Sequence record: PX104379.1
DNA: 64,000 nucleotides
Origin: a phage
Reading direction: 5' to 3' (one strand)
The position numbers and the translations under genes are program-made. This document shows positions 30,537 to 41,710 of the stretch, in pieces (position 1 is the first letter of the stretch; the number at the start of each line of letters is the position of its first letter). The notes under the pieces were generated by a model, which searched no databases, was not told where the DNA came from, and saw only the letters and a program-made list of their open reading frames with translations.

Positions 30537-30997
30537 AGAGAGTCTCTTAGTAGGTTTAACACATCAATAAATTCAGCTTCGGTTAGTATTGTATCATCTT
30601 TTGTTAGACCACTAGCCATGCTGTGCTTCAAAACTTTTCCTTTTGAGGCTTGTAAGGCATCACGAAACCCCTTGTTTTGAATCGCTGCTTCAAAATATGC
30701 ATTTGTATACAACTCTTTCCACGCTGGAGAGTATCTTGAAAATGGAACTCCCAGCCAGAAGAGGGTCCCACGGTCCTGAGCTCTTGCATAAGACCTTCCA
30801 GCTTGTTGGGCGGCAACCCCGGATAACCCAAATATACGTCTTTGCTGCTCAACATTTTTCACCTTGCATCCTTGGAGGAATCCTTCGAGACCTCCAAATT
30901 GAATACCATCCATGACGAAAGGCCATTGGGCGAAATTACTTAATGCGCATGATGGCCATCTAAAATTGCTTCTAATCTCTAACTCAGACATTTTCAA
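30533..30997 (-). CDS. NADAR/YbiA-like (DUF1768) protein (position of T4 30.3)
   Basis: LSNFAQWPF..DG..F...EGFLQGCK resembles the YbiA/NADAR signature SNF..P...DG....EhyfQ..K. Confidence 0.6.
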   Translation of the reverse strand: MKMSELEIRSNFRWPSCALSNFAQWPFVMDGIQFGGLEGFLQGCKVKNVEQQRRIFGLSGVAAQQAGRSYARAQDRGTLFWLGVPFSRYSPAWKELYTNAYFEAAIQNKGFRDALQASKGKVLKHSMASGLTKDDTILTEAEFIDVLNLLRDSL

Positions 30998-31190
30998 TAC
31001 TTATAATTTCAACATCAGCCCAATGACCATAGCAAGGAAGACGAAATTCAACTGGCCAGTTAGGGTCCTTTTCTAATATAATAGACTTAACTTGTGGTTC
31101 TTCATGTTCATCAGTATATGGATTTTTATCTGTTACTTTATATGTGACCTTAATGTACTGAATTCCAAAAATCTTATTAATTATATTCAT
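30984..31190 (-). CDS. Hypothetical protein, 68 aa
   Basis: ORF in operon context, overlapping neighbours. Confidence 0.5.
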   Translation of the reverse strand: MNIINKIFGIQYIKVTYKVTDKNPYTDEHEEPQVKSIILEKDPNWPVEFRLPCYGHWADVEIISIENV

Positions 31191-31384
31191 ACTAATTCCT
31201 TTAATCCGTAAATAGGAGATAATTCATCACCCATACGAAGGTCTTCATTTCCATCTACCCAGGAAACAATATAAGCCTCTTTTATTTGAATACCACTCCA
31301 TTTAAATGGAGGTAGAACCTTAGAAATTAATCCAGGTATACCAACTCCCTTTAATTCAACAGTTTGACCTAAAAAGAATTTCAT
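31187..31384 (-). CDS. Hypothetical protein, 65 aa
   Basis: ORF in operon context. Confidence 0.5.
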   Translation of the reverse strand: MKFFLGQTVELKGVGIPGLISKVLPPFKWSGIQIKEAYIVSWVDGNEDLRMGDELSPIYGLKELV

Positions 31385-31671
31385 TAGAACCTCATCTGAA
31401 AACCGTGCGATTTAACATTACCGCCGCCAATATCAGAAATGTTAATTTCACTCGCAATTGAAGGGTCAATGTCAATTTCGCGATTGAGTTTAGTGATAGC
31501 TAAAGTATCACGCCCATTTACTGTACGGAATTCTAAAGGACAAACCACATCAACGTAATTTTTAATCGATTCACTGGTAGGTTGCAAATGAGCAGGAAGG
31601 TCTTTAGGCGCCTTTGAGAAAACCACTTCACAAAAATTTTTGCGGGTGTCAAAATAAGTAGTCATAAACAT
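31384..31671 (-). CDS. Hypothetical protein, 95 aa
   Basis: ORF in operon context. Confidence 0.5.
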   Translation of the reverse strand: MFMTTYFDTRKNFCEVVFSKAPKDLPAHLQPTSESIKNYVDVVCPLEFRTVNGRDTLAITKLNREIDIDPSIASEINISDIGGGNVKSHGFQMRF

Positions 31672-31712
31672 AATATTTTCCTCAGTAAGGGGCCGAAGCC
31701 CCTCATTTATTT

Positions 31713-32078
31713 TTAAATATCAAATTCGTTAAGAACTACATCAAAGATTGCTTCGAGATGTTCAGGTTTAGCTCTGTTACTCAGAATATGACGAATCCAA
31801 GTTTTAACCAAAAGCTTGCGATTAGCACCATTCCAGCAAGGATGAGTCCCTAAATCGCGTTGACGAAAATCATCATCCAGAGCGATTTTAAAGTTGGAAC
31901 CTTCCATTGTGATTGAAACCGTGATGCCATTTTCAAATCGCATATAAACGTAATTAGGAGTCATATACTGTTCAATTTCGCATACTGATCCATTTTGATG
32001 TTTCCAAAGGCAAATAGTATCAATAGAACCTGCAATACCATTAGAAACATATTTACGTTCAAAGTTGATGTAGTTCAT
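31713..32078 (-). CDS. Hypothetical protein, 121 aa
   Basis: ORF followed by GC hairpin. Confidence 0.55.
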   Translation of the reverse strand: MNYINFERKYVSNGIAGSIDTICLWKHQNGSVCEIEQYMTPNYVYMRFENGITVSITMEGSNFKIALDDDFRQRDLGTHPCWNGANRKLLVKTWIRHILSNRAKPEHLEAIFDVVLNEFDI

Positions 32079-32146
32079 TTTTATTCTCCGAGATGTTTAA
32101 TTGCGGTACAGGTATATAATATCATATCCTGTACCAAAGTAAACAA

Positions 32147-32479
32147 TTATTTTACTACTTTCCAGTGCTGCATGTCAAGTTTACCGACTTTTTTCATCTT
32201 CTCAATTAAACGTTCGGCACGTTGGCGAGCTGTAACATAATACCATTCACCTAATTCATTTTGTTCAATTTTTCCAACGATTACTGTATTCAATTCATAA
32301 ATCCAACCAGTAAAGAAATTATGAACTTGAATTGTAAAGGTGAAATCTGTTCCCATACCTTCTGTTGTTTCTACTTCAATAATATCACCTTCAACTGCCA
32401 TTAAAAACCACATAGTTTCATCATATTTACCATTGAAGCATTTAGTTTTAACTGCAGCGTTCAGATTAATCGTTTTCAT
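32147..32479 (-). CDS. Hypothetical protein, 110 aa
   Basis: ORF with AAGGAG ribosome-binding site and GTTTACA-type promoter upstream. Confidence 0.55.
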   Translation of the reverse strand: MKTINLNAAVKTKCFNGKYDETMWFLMAVEGDIIEVETTEGMGTDFTFTIQVHNFFTGWIYELNTVIVGKIEQNELGEWYYVTARQRAERLIEKMKKVGKLDMQHWKVVK

Positions 32480-32506
32480 TTTATTCTCCTTTGTTTGTGT
32501 AAGATA

Positions 32507-32536
32507 ATACTATCACAAAGGAACCATACTGTAAAC
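32507..32536 (-). promoter_or_regulatory. Candidate early promoter upstream of 110-aa ORF
   Basis: Minus strand GTTTACA, 17-nt spacer, TAGTAT. Confidence 0.35.
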
Positions 32537-32554
32537 AACTTTGTGCAATCTTTG

Positions 32555-32584
32555 GAAAATAAAAAAGGACTCCCGAAGGAGTCC
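32555..32584 (-). terminator. Intrinsic terminator after the 72-aa basic ORF
   Basis: Minus strand GGACTCC-TTCG-GGAGTCC followed by TTTTTTATTTTCC. Confidence 0.7.
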
Positions 32585-32589
32585 TCAAC

Positions 32590-32808
32590 TTATGCTTTCT
32601 GCTTACCAAAACGAGAAGCATCATCTCGAAGAACCGCACGTGCTCGGCGCATGATCTTCTCAACAGTTTGATTGATACGAGAGTTCGACCCACGCTTGTA
32701 GCCAGCGCGTTTAGAATCACCAACTTTCTTTTCAACTGCTTTCTTTGCTTTAACTTGTTTTGCCATTATAAATTCTCTTTTAAATGAAAATGCAGGACTT
32801 ATTGGCAT
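32590..32808 (-). CDS. Small highly basic protein, 72 aa
   Basis: K/R-rich ORF followed by strong hairpin terminator; an overlapping alternative-frame ORF is less likely. Confidence 0.5.
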   Translation of the reverse strand: MPISPAFSFKREFIMAKQVKAKKAVEKKVGDSKRAGYKRGSNSRINQTVEKIMRRARAVLRDDASRFGKQKA

Positions 32809-33011
32809 TGCCTGCGCAAGCCCTCAAGGGGAACATAGGTTTTTGGATATTTAACGACCAGGATAACCATAAACCCGTCATCATTCACATTCAAGAGGTA
32901 CACCATAAAACTGCCGGGGTCTTAAAACTATAATGATTCGCAAATCATTAATCAGACAGTTCGATGGCTCCTCGATTTTAGCTCACACTAAGGCAGTGAA
33001 TCTCCAATAAA

Positions 33012-33260
33012 TTACTTCAGTGTTACCACAAAGTGACGAACTGCTTTTCGTGCAGCAGAAGCCAAAGGCTTAGCATATTTAAGTTCATCTTTTTCCTGAA
33101 GCTCAGCAGCTAATGCAGTTTGAGCAGGATTCAGATGTTTGAAATAACGCAGGATTTCAAGAGCTTCGGCTTCAACATCAATAGATGCGCCATAGTTTTC
33201 GTGACCATTATTCCATGCGTTTCGTTGCAGTTCAAGAGCGTGTTGTAATTGTTTAATCAT
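33012..33260 (-). CDS. rIII: RIII lysis inhibition accessory protein
   Basis: 82 aa; position upstream of gene 31 and sequence as recalled. Confidence 0.8.
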   Translation of the reverse strand: MIKQLQHALELQRNAWNNGHENYGASIDVEAEALEILRYFKHLNPAQTALAAELQEKDELKYAKPLASAARKAVRHFVVTLK

Positions 33261-33407
33261 TTAAAAATTCTCGTTAGAGATTAAAACTCGGTAGTCACGT
33301 TCTTCTGAATTTCATCTTCTTTCGACAGATCTCTCAGTTGTAGACTACCACATAGAATTGTTCGGTTAACTTATTATTCCGACACCCAATTCATATTATT
33401 ATTTATA

Positions 33408-33743
33408 TCACTTATAAAGACACGGAATAGCTTTATAATGACAGGTAACGAATTTTTGTTTAATTTCTTTTGGCTGCTTAAGACCCAGAGCTACAAAAGG
33501 ATGCGGAACGTTTCGAATTTGACCAACTGGAAGAGAAGTCAAATCACCAACTTCACAAAAACCTTCAGGAACATCAGGACCGACAGAGTGAATTACACAC
33601 AGTTCAGGAACTTCACCTTGGACACGTTTACCGATAATAAGTCCTGATTCTGTAACTTCTTCATCACCGGCTTGTGCAGGTTCAGAAACTAAAATAACAT
33701 ATTCACCGACAGCACGAATTGGTAGCTGTTGTACTTCAGACAT
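33408..33743 (-). CDS. 31: Co-chaperonin gp31 (GroES analogue)
   Basis: 111 aa, [30 protein letters not shown] matches T4 gp31. Confidence 0.92.
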   Translation of the reverse strand: MSEVQQLPIRAVGEYVILVSEPAQAGDEEVTESGLIIGKRVQGEVPELCVIHSVGPDVPEGFCEVGDLTSLPVGQIRNVPHPFVALGLKQPKEIKQKFVTCHYKAIPCLYK

Positions 33744-33799
33744 CGTTTTTCCTTTTTGTTAACAGATGAATTAATAATAACAAATAATTCTTAAAGCAT

Positions 33800-34108
33800 T
33801 TATTTACCAATAAATTGGAGTAAATGCTCAACTTTCATACCATTAACGGAAATCAATTTGTCAATAGAAAAACCTCGCCATGCGCCAAGTTCAACATCAA
33901 ATACTGGAATCATGTCAGTAGATTCTTTCCGAGTAGATTCAGTCAATTTACCAGTTTGCATGGTTGGCATAAAGTCTGCATCACGAGTACCTTTCATAGT
34001 ACGAATAGTACCATCAGACTTTTCAAAAACTACGTTTGAAACACCCATGGACAATTTAGTTTTCAAAATTTCGCGAATTGCTACTTTCTGCTCAGTTGTC
34101 AGTTTCAT
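33800..34108 (-). CDS. Hypothetical protein (position of T4 31.1)
   Basis: 102-aa ORF. Confidence 0.55.
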   Translation of the reverse strand: MKLTTEQKVAIREILKTKLSMGVSNVVFEKSDGTIRTMKGTRDADFMPTMQTGKLTESTRKESTDMIPVFDVELGAWRGFSIDKLISVNGMKVEHLLQFIGK

Positions 34109-34345
34109 TTATTTACCTATCACAGTTTTAATATGAGTTGTTCCACGTTCTTTAAGGGTGGAAAGTAATTTTTGGCATTTTTCTAAATCAGATTTCCAAC
34201 TATATGGTCTATCAATACTAGTCCAATCAGTTTTATAATACTGTTTCCATTTAGAGAAAAAATATTTCTTATACTCTACAGCAAATGAGATGTTCTCGTT
34301 AGAATAAGAACTAATTGCTGTGAGCTTTACCAAACGAAATTTCAT
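34109..34345 (-). CDS. Hypothetical protein (position of T4 31.2)
   Basis: 78-aa ORF. Confidence 0.5.
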   Translation of the reverse strand: MKFRLVKLTAISSYSNENISFAVEYKKYFFSKWKQYYKTDWTSIDRPYSWKSDLEKCQKLLSTLKERGTTHIKTVIGK

Positions 34346-34926
34346 TATTCACCACAGAATTCGTTGATATTTTCCCAGTTTAACTTATTCAAGTTTTTCT
34401 TAGGAACATTAAACACTTCAATACCTGCATTTCGCAGAATATCATCCCAGCCAGGTTTATTTTTATCGTATGTTTCGCAATAAACCAGCTTTTTAATACC
34501 AGATTGAGCTATCGCTTTTGCACAATCTGGACAAGGAGAAAGTGTTACATACATAGTAGCACCTTCAATAGAAGAACCATTTCGTGCAGCAAACAAAATT
34601 GCATTTAGTTCAGCATGAATTTCATTTTTAGACGACCATTCAGAGTGAGCGCTACGGTGTTCTTTCGCCAAGACAAAGCGATCAGTTGAACCAAATGATA
34701 CGCATTCAGGCTTATGGCCTTGGATGATAGTATGTTTAGGTTTATTCAGCAACCAACCTTGCTCAGCGGCATAATCACAACAGTTCACACCTCCTGCGGG
34801 TGAACCATTATACCCAGTAGAAATAATACGTCCATTCTTTTCAATTACTGCTCCTACCTTCCAGGAGCAACATTTTGATTCTTGTGATACTAAATATGCA
34901 ATTTGAAGTACTGTACTCGCTTTCAT
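34345..34926 (-). CDS. cd: dCMP deaminase
   Basis: 193 aa; cytidine/dCMP deaminase zinc motifs HAELNAI and SPCPDCAKAI. Confidence 0.92.
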   Translation of the reverse strand: MKASTVLQIAYLVSQESKCCSWKVGAVIEKNGRIISTGYNGSPAGGVNCCDYAAEQGWLLNKPKHTIIQGHKPECVSFGSTDRFVLAKEHRSAHSEWSSKNEIHAELNAILFAARNGSSIEGATMYVTLSPCPDCAKAIAQSGIKKLVYCETYDKNKPGWDDILRNAGIEVFNVPKKNLNKLNWENINEFCGE

Positions 34927-35261
34927 TTCATAATCACCAGATAAGCAGATTTAGCAGTTTCAACACGATAAATTTCATGACGAAGTTTAGTTATACTTTT
35001 AATAACAGAACTAATTATATTCTGTCCGTCTTTAAAGCGGTTTTTCTTATCAATAAAAATTGCGCCAACCATCTTTTTGTGAAGCTCAACTGGATACTTC
35101 GTCACAATAATAGCATCATATACAGAAGGATGAATACTATTTACTAGAGTGTCATTCATTAAAGTTATTCTAATGAACTGTGCTGTTTCAGAGTCAAGCG
35201 CTCTATGATCGCCAGTATCATTTTCAAGACAATTATCAATTATATCAGTTAAATTCATCAT
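34923..35261 (-). CDS. Hypothetical protein (cd.1 position)
   Basis: 112-aa ORF. Confidence 0.5.
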   Translation of the reverse strand: MMNLTDIIDNCLENDTGDHRALDSETAQFIRITLMNDTLVNSIHPSVYDAIIVTKYPVELHKKMVGAIFIDKKNRFKDGQNIISSVIKSITKLRHEIYRVETAKSAYLVIMK

Positions 35262-35593
35262 AGTACGCCATACACCCTTTGTGCTTCAACTAATCCATCA
35301 AAATCCAGTTTAAGATGCGATATTTGATCGCCATCGCCTGGATTCACAATTACTAATACTGAACGAGGAGTTTCGGTAATAACACGAACCGATGTTTCAG
35401 GAAATCGTTCAGAAACCTTATTTACCAATTCCTGAGCAAATAGTTTAACTTTTTCTTGGAATTCTTTAACAGTAATTGGTTTTTCACTTAGCAGCATTTT
35501 GTTTTCCTCATTTGTTTGGTAGAGCCATAATATCACAACTCTACCGTAAAGTAAACTATTAAATCGCTTTGAATTCCGCAGTTTGAGATTCAA
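35258..35593 (-). CDS. Hypothetical protein (cd.2 position)
   Basis: 111-aa ORF. Confidence 0.5.
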   Translation of the reverse strand: MNLKLRNSKRFNSLLYGRVVILWLYQTNEENKMLLSEKPITVKEFQEKVKLFAQELVNKVSERFPETSVRVITETPRSVLVIVNPGDGDQISHLKLDFDGLVEAQRVYGVL

Positions 35594-35834
35594 AGCGAAT
35601 GTCGCCTTTGATAACTAACTCAGCATCAAGACCGAATACGACAATGATATGCGCGGAACCTGGATACAGCGTAATGGCAACAGAATCCACCTGGTCTGGA
35701 AGCAAAGTGTTTAATACATGAGTCACTTGAGCATGGATTCGAAGTTCGGCTGCGTTATCAAGCTTTTCAAACATATTATTAGCGATAATTTGGCTAAACA
35801 CTACTTCTACGATTTTAGAGTAAGTCGGAAACAT
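35559..35834 (-). CDS. Hypothetical protein (cd.3 position)
   Basis: 91-aa ORF. Confidence 0.45.
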   Translation of the reverse strand: MFPTYSKIVEVVFSQIIANNMFEKLDNAAELRIHAQVTHVLNTLLPDQVDSVAITLYPGSAHIIVVFGLDAELVIKGDIRFESQTAEFKAI

Positions 35835-35836
35835 AT

Positions 35837-36037
35837 TTACCTCGCATAATTTTCTTCAAGCCAATCAATAACATCCAACACATTATCAAAAGTTGAACCA
35901 TCTACTCTGTCTTCTGTTTCATAATCAAGAACATCTAAGCCTACTCTTCCATCAACAATAGGCCATAAACAAAATAGATATTTCTTTTCTTTTTCAATTT
36001 TATCACAAAGACGATAAATCTTTTCTATGTTATTCAT
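35837..36037 (-). CDS. Hypothetical protein (cd.4 position)
   Basis: 66-aa ORF. Confidence 0.45.
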   Translation of the reverse strand: MNNIEKIYRLCDKIEKEKKYLFCLWPIVDGRVGLDVLDYETEDRVDGSTFDNVLDVIDWLEENYAR

Positions 36038-36226
36038 AAGTTTTCCATGGTAAAGGCAGTTTAGTTTTCTTTACTGTTAGTTCAACATCAGGATTCTTTT
36101 CTCTTAATTTAAGGCATTCCTCCCAAGCTCTGATTTCACTAGTGAATACACAAAATTGCCCATTACTAGTACCGACTAAACCACTATTTACAATAATAAT
36201 AGCCCAAGTTTCATGGTGCAAAGCCA

Positions 36227-36227
<1 letters not shown>
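36030..36227 (-). CDS. Hypothetical protein (cd.5 position)
   Basis: 65-aa ORF. Confidence 0.45.
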
Positions 36228-37430
<1,203 letters not shown>

Positions 37431-37434
<4 letters not shown>

Positions 37435-37661
37435 TTATTTTTCTCAACCAATGATTGAATATAATCATGCAGGTCTTTAGATGCTTTGCCCCACTTATTT
37501 TGATATTCATTTTTGAGATTAGCACGTGATTGAGCTAATAAAACATCATTAGTTGGAGGTAAAGATTCTAATCGTTGAATCTGTCGTCCATAAATCATTG
37601 CAGCCATCTCGGATTCATAAATCAGTCCTTTGAGATGTTCAAATTGATGCCATGAAATCAT
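37431..37661 (-). CDS. Hypothetical protein, 76 aa
   Basis: ORF between pseT and spanin genes. Confidence 0.45.
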
Positions 37662-37957
37662 TTACATTTATCCTCTTTTAACTCTTGACGATAATAACAT
37701 ATCATAGTTTTCTGGTCATGTACATATCGTTTTACATCATTAAGCCAAATACGAAATTCCTGAGAATCTTCAAATGGCATACCGACCCAAGCTTTACCAT
37801 CGATAACTTTAACTTGCCAAGATAGTTTAGCTTCGTCATATGACTTTATTTGTACAGGCCAATTAGGATGAACTGTTTCTTTCTTTACTTCTAGAGGCTT
37901 TGTCGAACAACCAACTAGAAGACCAATAGATAATATTACTGCTGATAGTTTAATCAT
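37658..37957 (-). CDS. pseT.2: Outer-membrane spanin subunit (lipoprotein)
   Basis: Signal peptide with lipobox LLVGC; small periplasmic protein; directly downstream of i-spanin-like gene. Confidence 0.65.
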   Translation of the reverse strand: MIKLSAVILSIGLLVGCSTKPLEVKKETVHPNWPVQIKSYDEAKLSWQVKVIDGKAWVGMPFEDSQEFRIWLNDVKRYVHDQKTMICYYRQELKEDKCK

Positions 37958-38307
37958 TTAGAAAGGTCCTGGATGTCTTCTGCGAACTTGTTGAAGGAGT
38001 TGTTGATTTGTTTTTCAACCAATCCTGGCTTATGAGCCACCACATCCGCCTTCTTTGCGTCTTTGCGCAGTTTTTCATTTTCACGCTCAATAGCAGCAAT
38101 CGCCTCACGATTTTTAGTATTCATCGCATCAATATAATTATACTGAATTCGCAAATTATTTAATGCTAAGGCGTTTTCATTGGCCGTTTTTGTAATTTCT
38201 ACAACAGACGTTTCTAATCTTTCAATTTTATTTTTTAAAATTAAAGAAGTTCCGCCCAATGCAATTACAATTAATAACAAGCCTGCTGTCGTATTACTTA
38301 ATTGCAT
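37954..38307 (-). CDS. pseT.3: Inner-membrane spanin subunit
   Basis: N-terminal transmembrane helix GLLLIVIALGGTSLIL followed by coiled-coil-like periplasmic domain. Confidence 0.65.
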   Translation of the reverse strand: MQLSNTTAGLLLIVIALGGTSLILKNKIERLETSVVEITKTANENALALNNLRIQYNYIDAMNTKNREAIAAIERENEKLRKDAKKADVVAHKPGLVEKQINNSFNKFAEDIQDLSK

Positions 38308-38804
38308 AAAGTTTTAATAACCTCTATAATATCGTCTTGAGAAAGACCGTTAATTAAAATATGATGTTCCGCCGGAGATTTAGAAATTTTAAAGCATGCC
38401 GCAACATCTTCTGCCATATCCGATGCGCTACGATTTGGATTACTAATTCCAAGACGATGTTTTCCCGTTAAAGGATTAACGATAATATAGCATTTACAGC
38501 TATTGATATGAACATTAGGTTGAGTCTGATTAATGAACACTTCACAATCATACTTAGCGAGTTGATTTTCTAAAAAGACTTTCATCTCTTCAACCGCATC
38601 AGGAAGCATATCACGGGCTTGCTCAAGACGACGATTTCGATATTCTTTAATGGTCGTTTTCCGCTTGACTTGCTTAGCTAAATCTTTCTTAAGATCGGTG
38701 ATATATCCAACTCGACGATTTCCTTTGAATACAGAAATCCCATCTGTAGTATCACCGTATGCTTCAACGACCATTTCAGTAGTAATAAGCTGCAAATCCA
38801 TCAT
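38298..38804 (-). CDS. alc: Alc, host transcription elongation inhibitor
   Basis: 168-aa ORF between rnlA and spanins with early promoter upstream; size and position match T4 alc. Confidence 0.8.
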   Translation of the reverse strand: MMDLQLITTEMVVEAYGDTTDGISVFKGNRRVGYITDLKKDLAKQVKRKTTIKEYRNRRLEQARDMLPDAVEEMKVFLENQLAKYDCEVFINQTQPNVHINSCKCYIIVNPLTGKHRLGISNPNRSASDMAEDVAACFKISKSPAEHHILINGLSQDDIIEVIKTLCN

Positions 38805-38832
38805 AAAGTCCTCATGTTATGTCAGTAAGATT

Positions 38833-38862
38833 ACTATAACACAACACGAGGGACTTGTAAAC
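38833..38862 (-). promoter_or_regulatory. Early (sigma-70 type) promoter for alc
   Basis: Near-identical copy of the 23532-23561 promoter: GTTTACA, 17-nt spacer, TATAGT, then GAGGA and ATG. Confidence 0.55.
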
Positions 38863-38865
38863 AGC

Positions 38866-40453
<1,588 letters not shown>

Positions 40454-40454
40454 A

Positions 40455-40478
40455 ATAAAATGGGCCTTGCGGCCCACT
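40455..40478 (-). terminator. Hairpin after nrdB, immediately before denA start
   Basis: Minus strand GGGCC-GCAA-GGCCC followed by ATTTTATT. Confidence 0.5.
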
Positions 40479-40480
40479 CC

Positions 40481-41659
40481 TTAAAAGTATTTTTTAAAAC
40501 TCATCATAACTTTATCATCAACATCATTATCAATCTGTGCAACAAGATAAGATGACAGTTCTACTTCTTGTGGCGCGGATTGAACATTATCAGAATTAAG
40601 ATATTCACGAATCCAAGGATATGGGTGTTTAACCGGAGCATCGGTAATTGGGCATGGAAGACCACACTGTTTCATACGAGATACAGTTAAGTAATCAATA
40701 AAGCTCCACATGCTATTTGTATTTAATCCAGGAACATCACCATCTTTAAATAAATGAACTGCCCAATCTTTTTCTTGGCGGTTAACTTCCATGAAAATAT
40801 CAACTGCTTCTTGTTCACACTCTTGAGCAATTTTAACCCATTCATCGCCATCAGTGCCAAGTTGAAGTTGACGAATAATATATTGGGTGCCTTTAAGGTG
40901 AAGCTGCTCATCACGTGCAATGAACTTCATAATCTTGGCATTACCTTCCATGATTTCCATGTTCTTATGGAAGTTAAAGGTACATGCAAAAGATACATAA
41001 AAACGAATAGCTTCCAATGCGTTGATTACATGCAAACAGAGGTAAAGAGATTTCATTAGCTCACGCTTCCAATATGTCTCATGCTCAATAGCATCTTCAA
41101 TAACGTCTTCGTCTGCATTAATTTCTTTTTGGTATTCGATATCAGCTTTAGCGTTTTCCCAATAACGAGTTTTAATCAGAACATCATCATAATAACGTCC
41201 AATGGATTCAGCACGTTTCATAATAGCTTCATCTAATACAATTTCATCAAATACCTTCGATGGATCAGTATAAAGATTTCGCATGATATGTGTATATGAA
41301 CGACTGTGAATAGTTTCACTAAAAGTCCATGTAGCAACCCATGTATCAAGACTTGGGTCTGAAATTAACGACATAAGTACAGCAGACGGTGCACGACCCT
41401 GAATGCTATCTAGAAGTGATTGATACTTCAGGTTATTAGTAAAAATATCTTGCTGATATTGAGGAAGCTTGTTAAATTGCGCAGCATCCATCATTAAGTT
41501 TACTTCTTCAGGACGCCAGAAAAATGACAACTGCTTTTCGGTTAAATCTTCAAAAACTTTATGACGTTGAATATCATAACGCGCAATACCAAGACCTGAA
41601 CCAAAAAACATAGGTTCTTTTAAAACATCAACTGGATTTGTATTAAAAACTGTGCTCAT
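40481..41659 (-). CDS. nrdB: Ribonucleotide reductase small subunit, uninterrupted
   Basis: 392-aa continuous ORF, MSTVFNTNPVDVL N-terminus; no intron. Confidence 0.95.
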   Translation of the reverse strand: MSTVFNTNPVDVLKEPMFFGSGLGIARYDIQRHKVFEDLTEKQLSFFWRPEEVNLMMDAAQFNKLPQYQQDIFTNNLKYQSLLDSIQGRAPSAVLMSLISDPSLDTWVATWTFSETIHSRSYTHIMRNLYTDPSKVFDEIVLDEAIMKRAESIGRYYDDVLIKTRYWENAKADIEYQKEINADEDVIEDAIEHETYWKRELMKSLYLCLHVINALEAIRFYVSFACTFNFHKNMEIMEGNAKIMKFIARDEQLHLKGTQYIIRQLQLGTDGDEWVKIAQECEQEAVDIFMEVNRQEKDWAVHLFKDGDVPGLNTNSMWSFIDYLTVSRMKQCGLPCPITDAPVKHPYPWIREYLNSDNVQSAPQEVELSSYLVAQIDNDVDDKVMMSFKKYF

Positions 41660-41710
41660 AAATTTTCCGCTTAGTTAATAGTTGGTGACTCGTCCGTGAG
41701 TCAAATTATA

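Noticed and set aside
32784-32933. 49-aa plus-strand ORF within the rIII-downstream spacer
   Set aside because: No ribosome-binding site and opposite to the local transcription direction; more likely chance than a gene, though the spacer itself is flagged as a finding
32940-33000. tRNA-like motifs (TAGCTCA and GTTCGAT) in the spacer
   Set aside because: The D-arm-like and T-arm-like motifs are in the wrong order and spacing for a tRNA on either strand
40481-41659. Possible intron or intein in nrdB or td
   Set aside because: Both ORFs are continuous and of the expected mature lengths; no in-frame insertion visible
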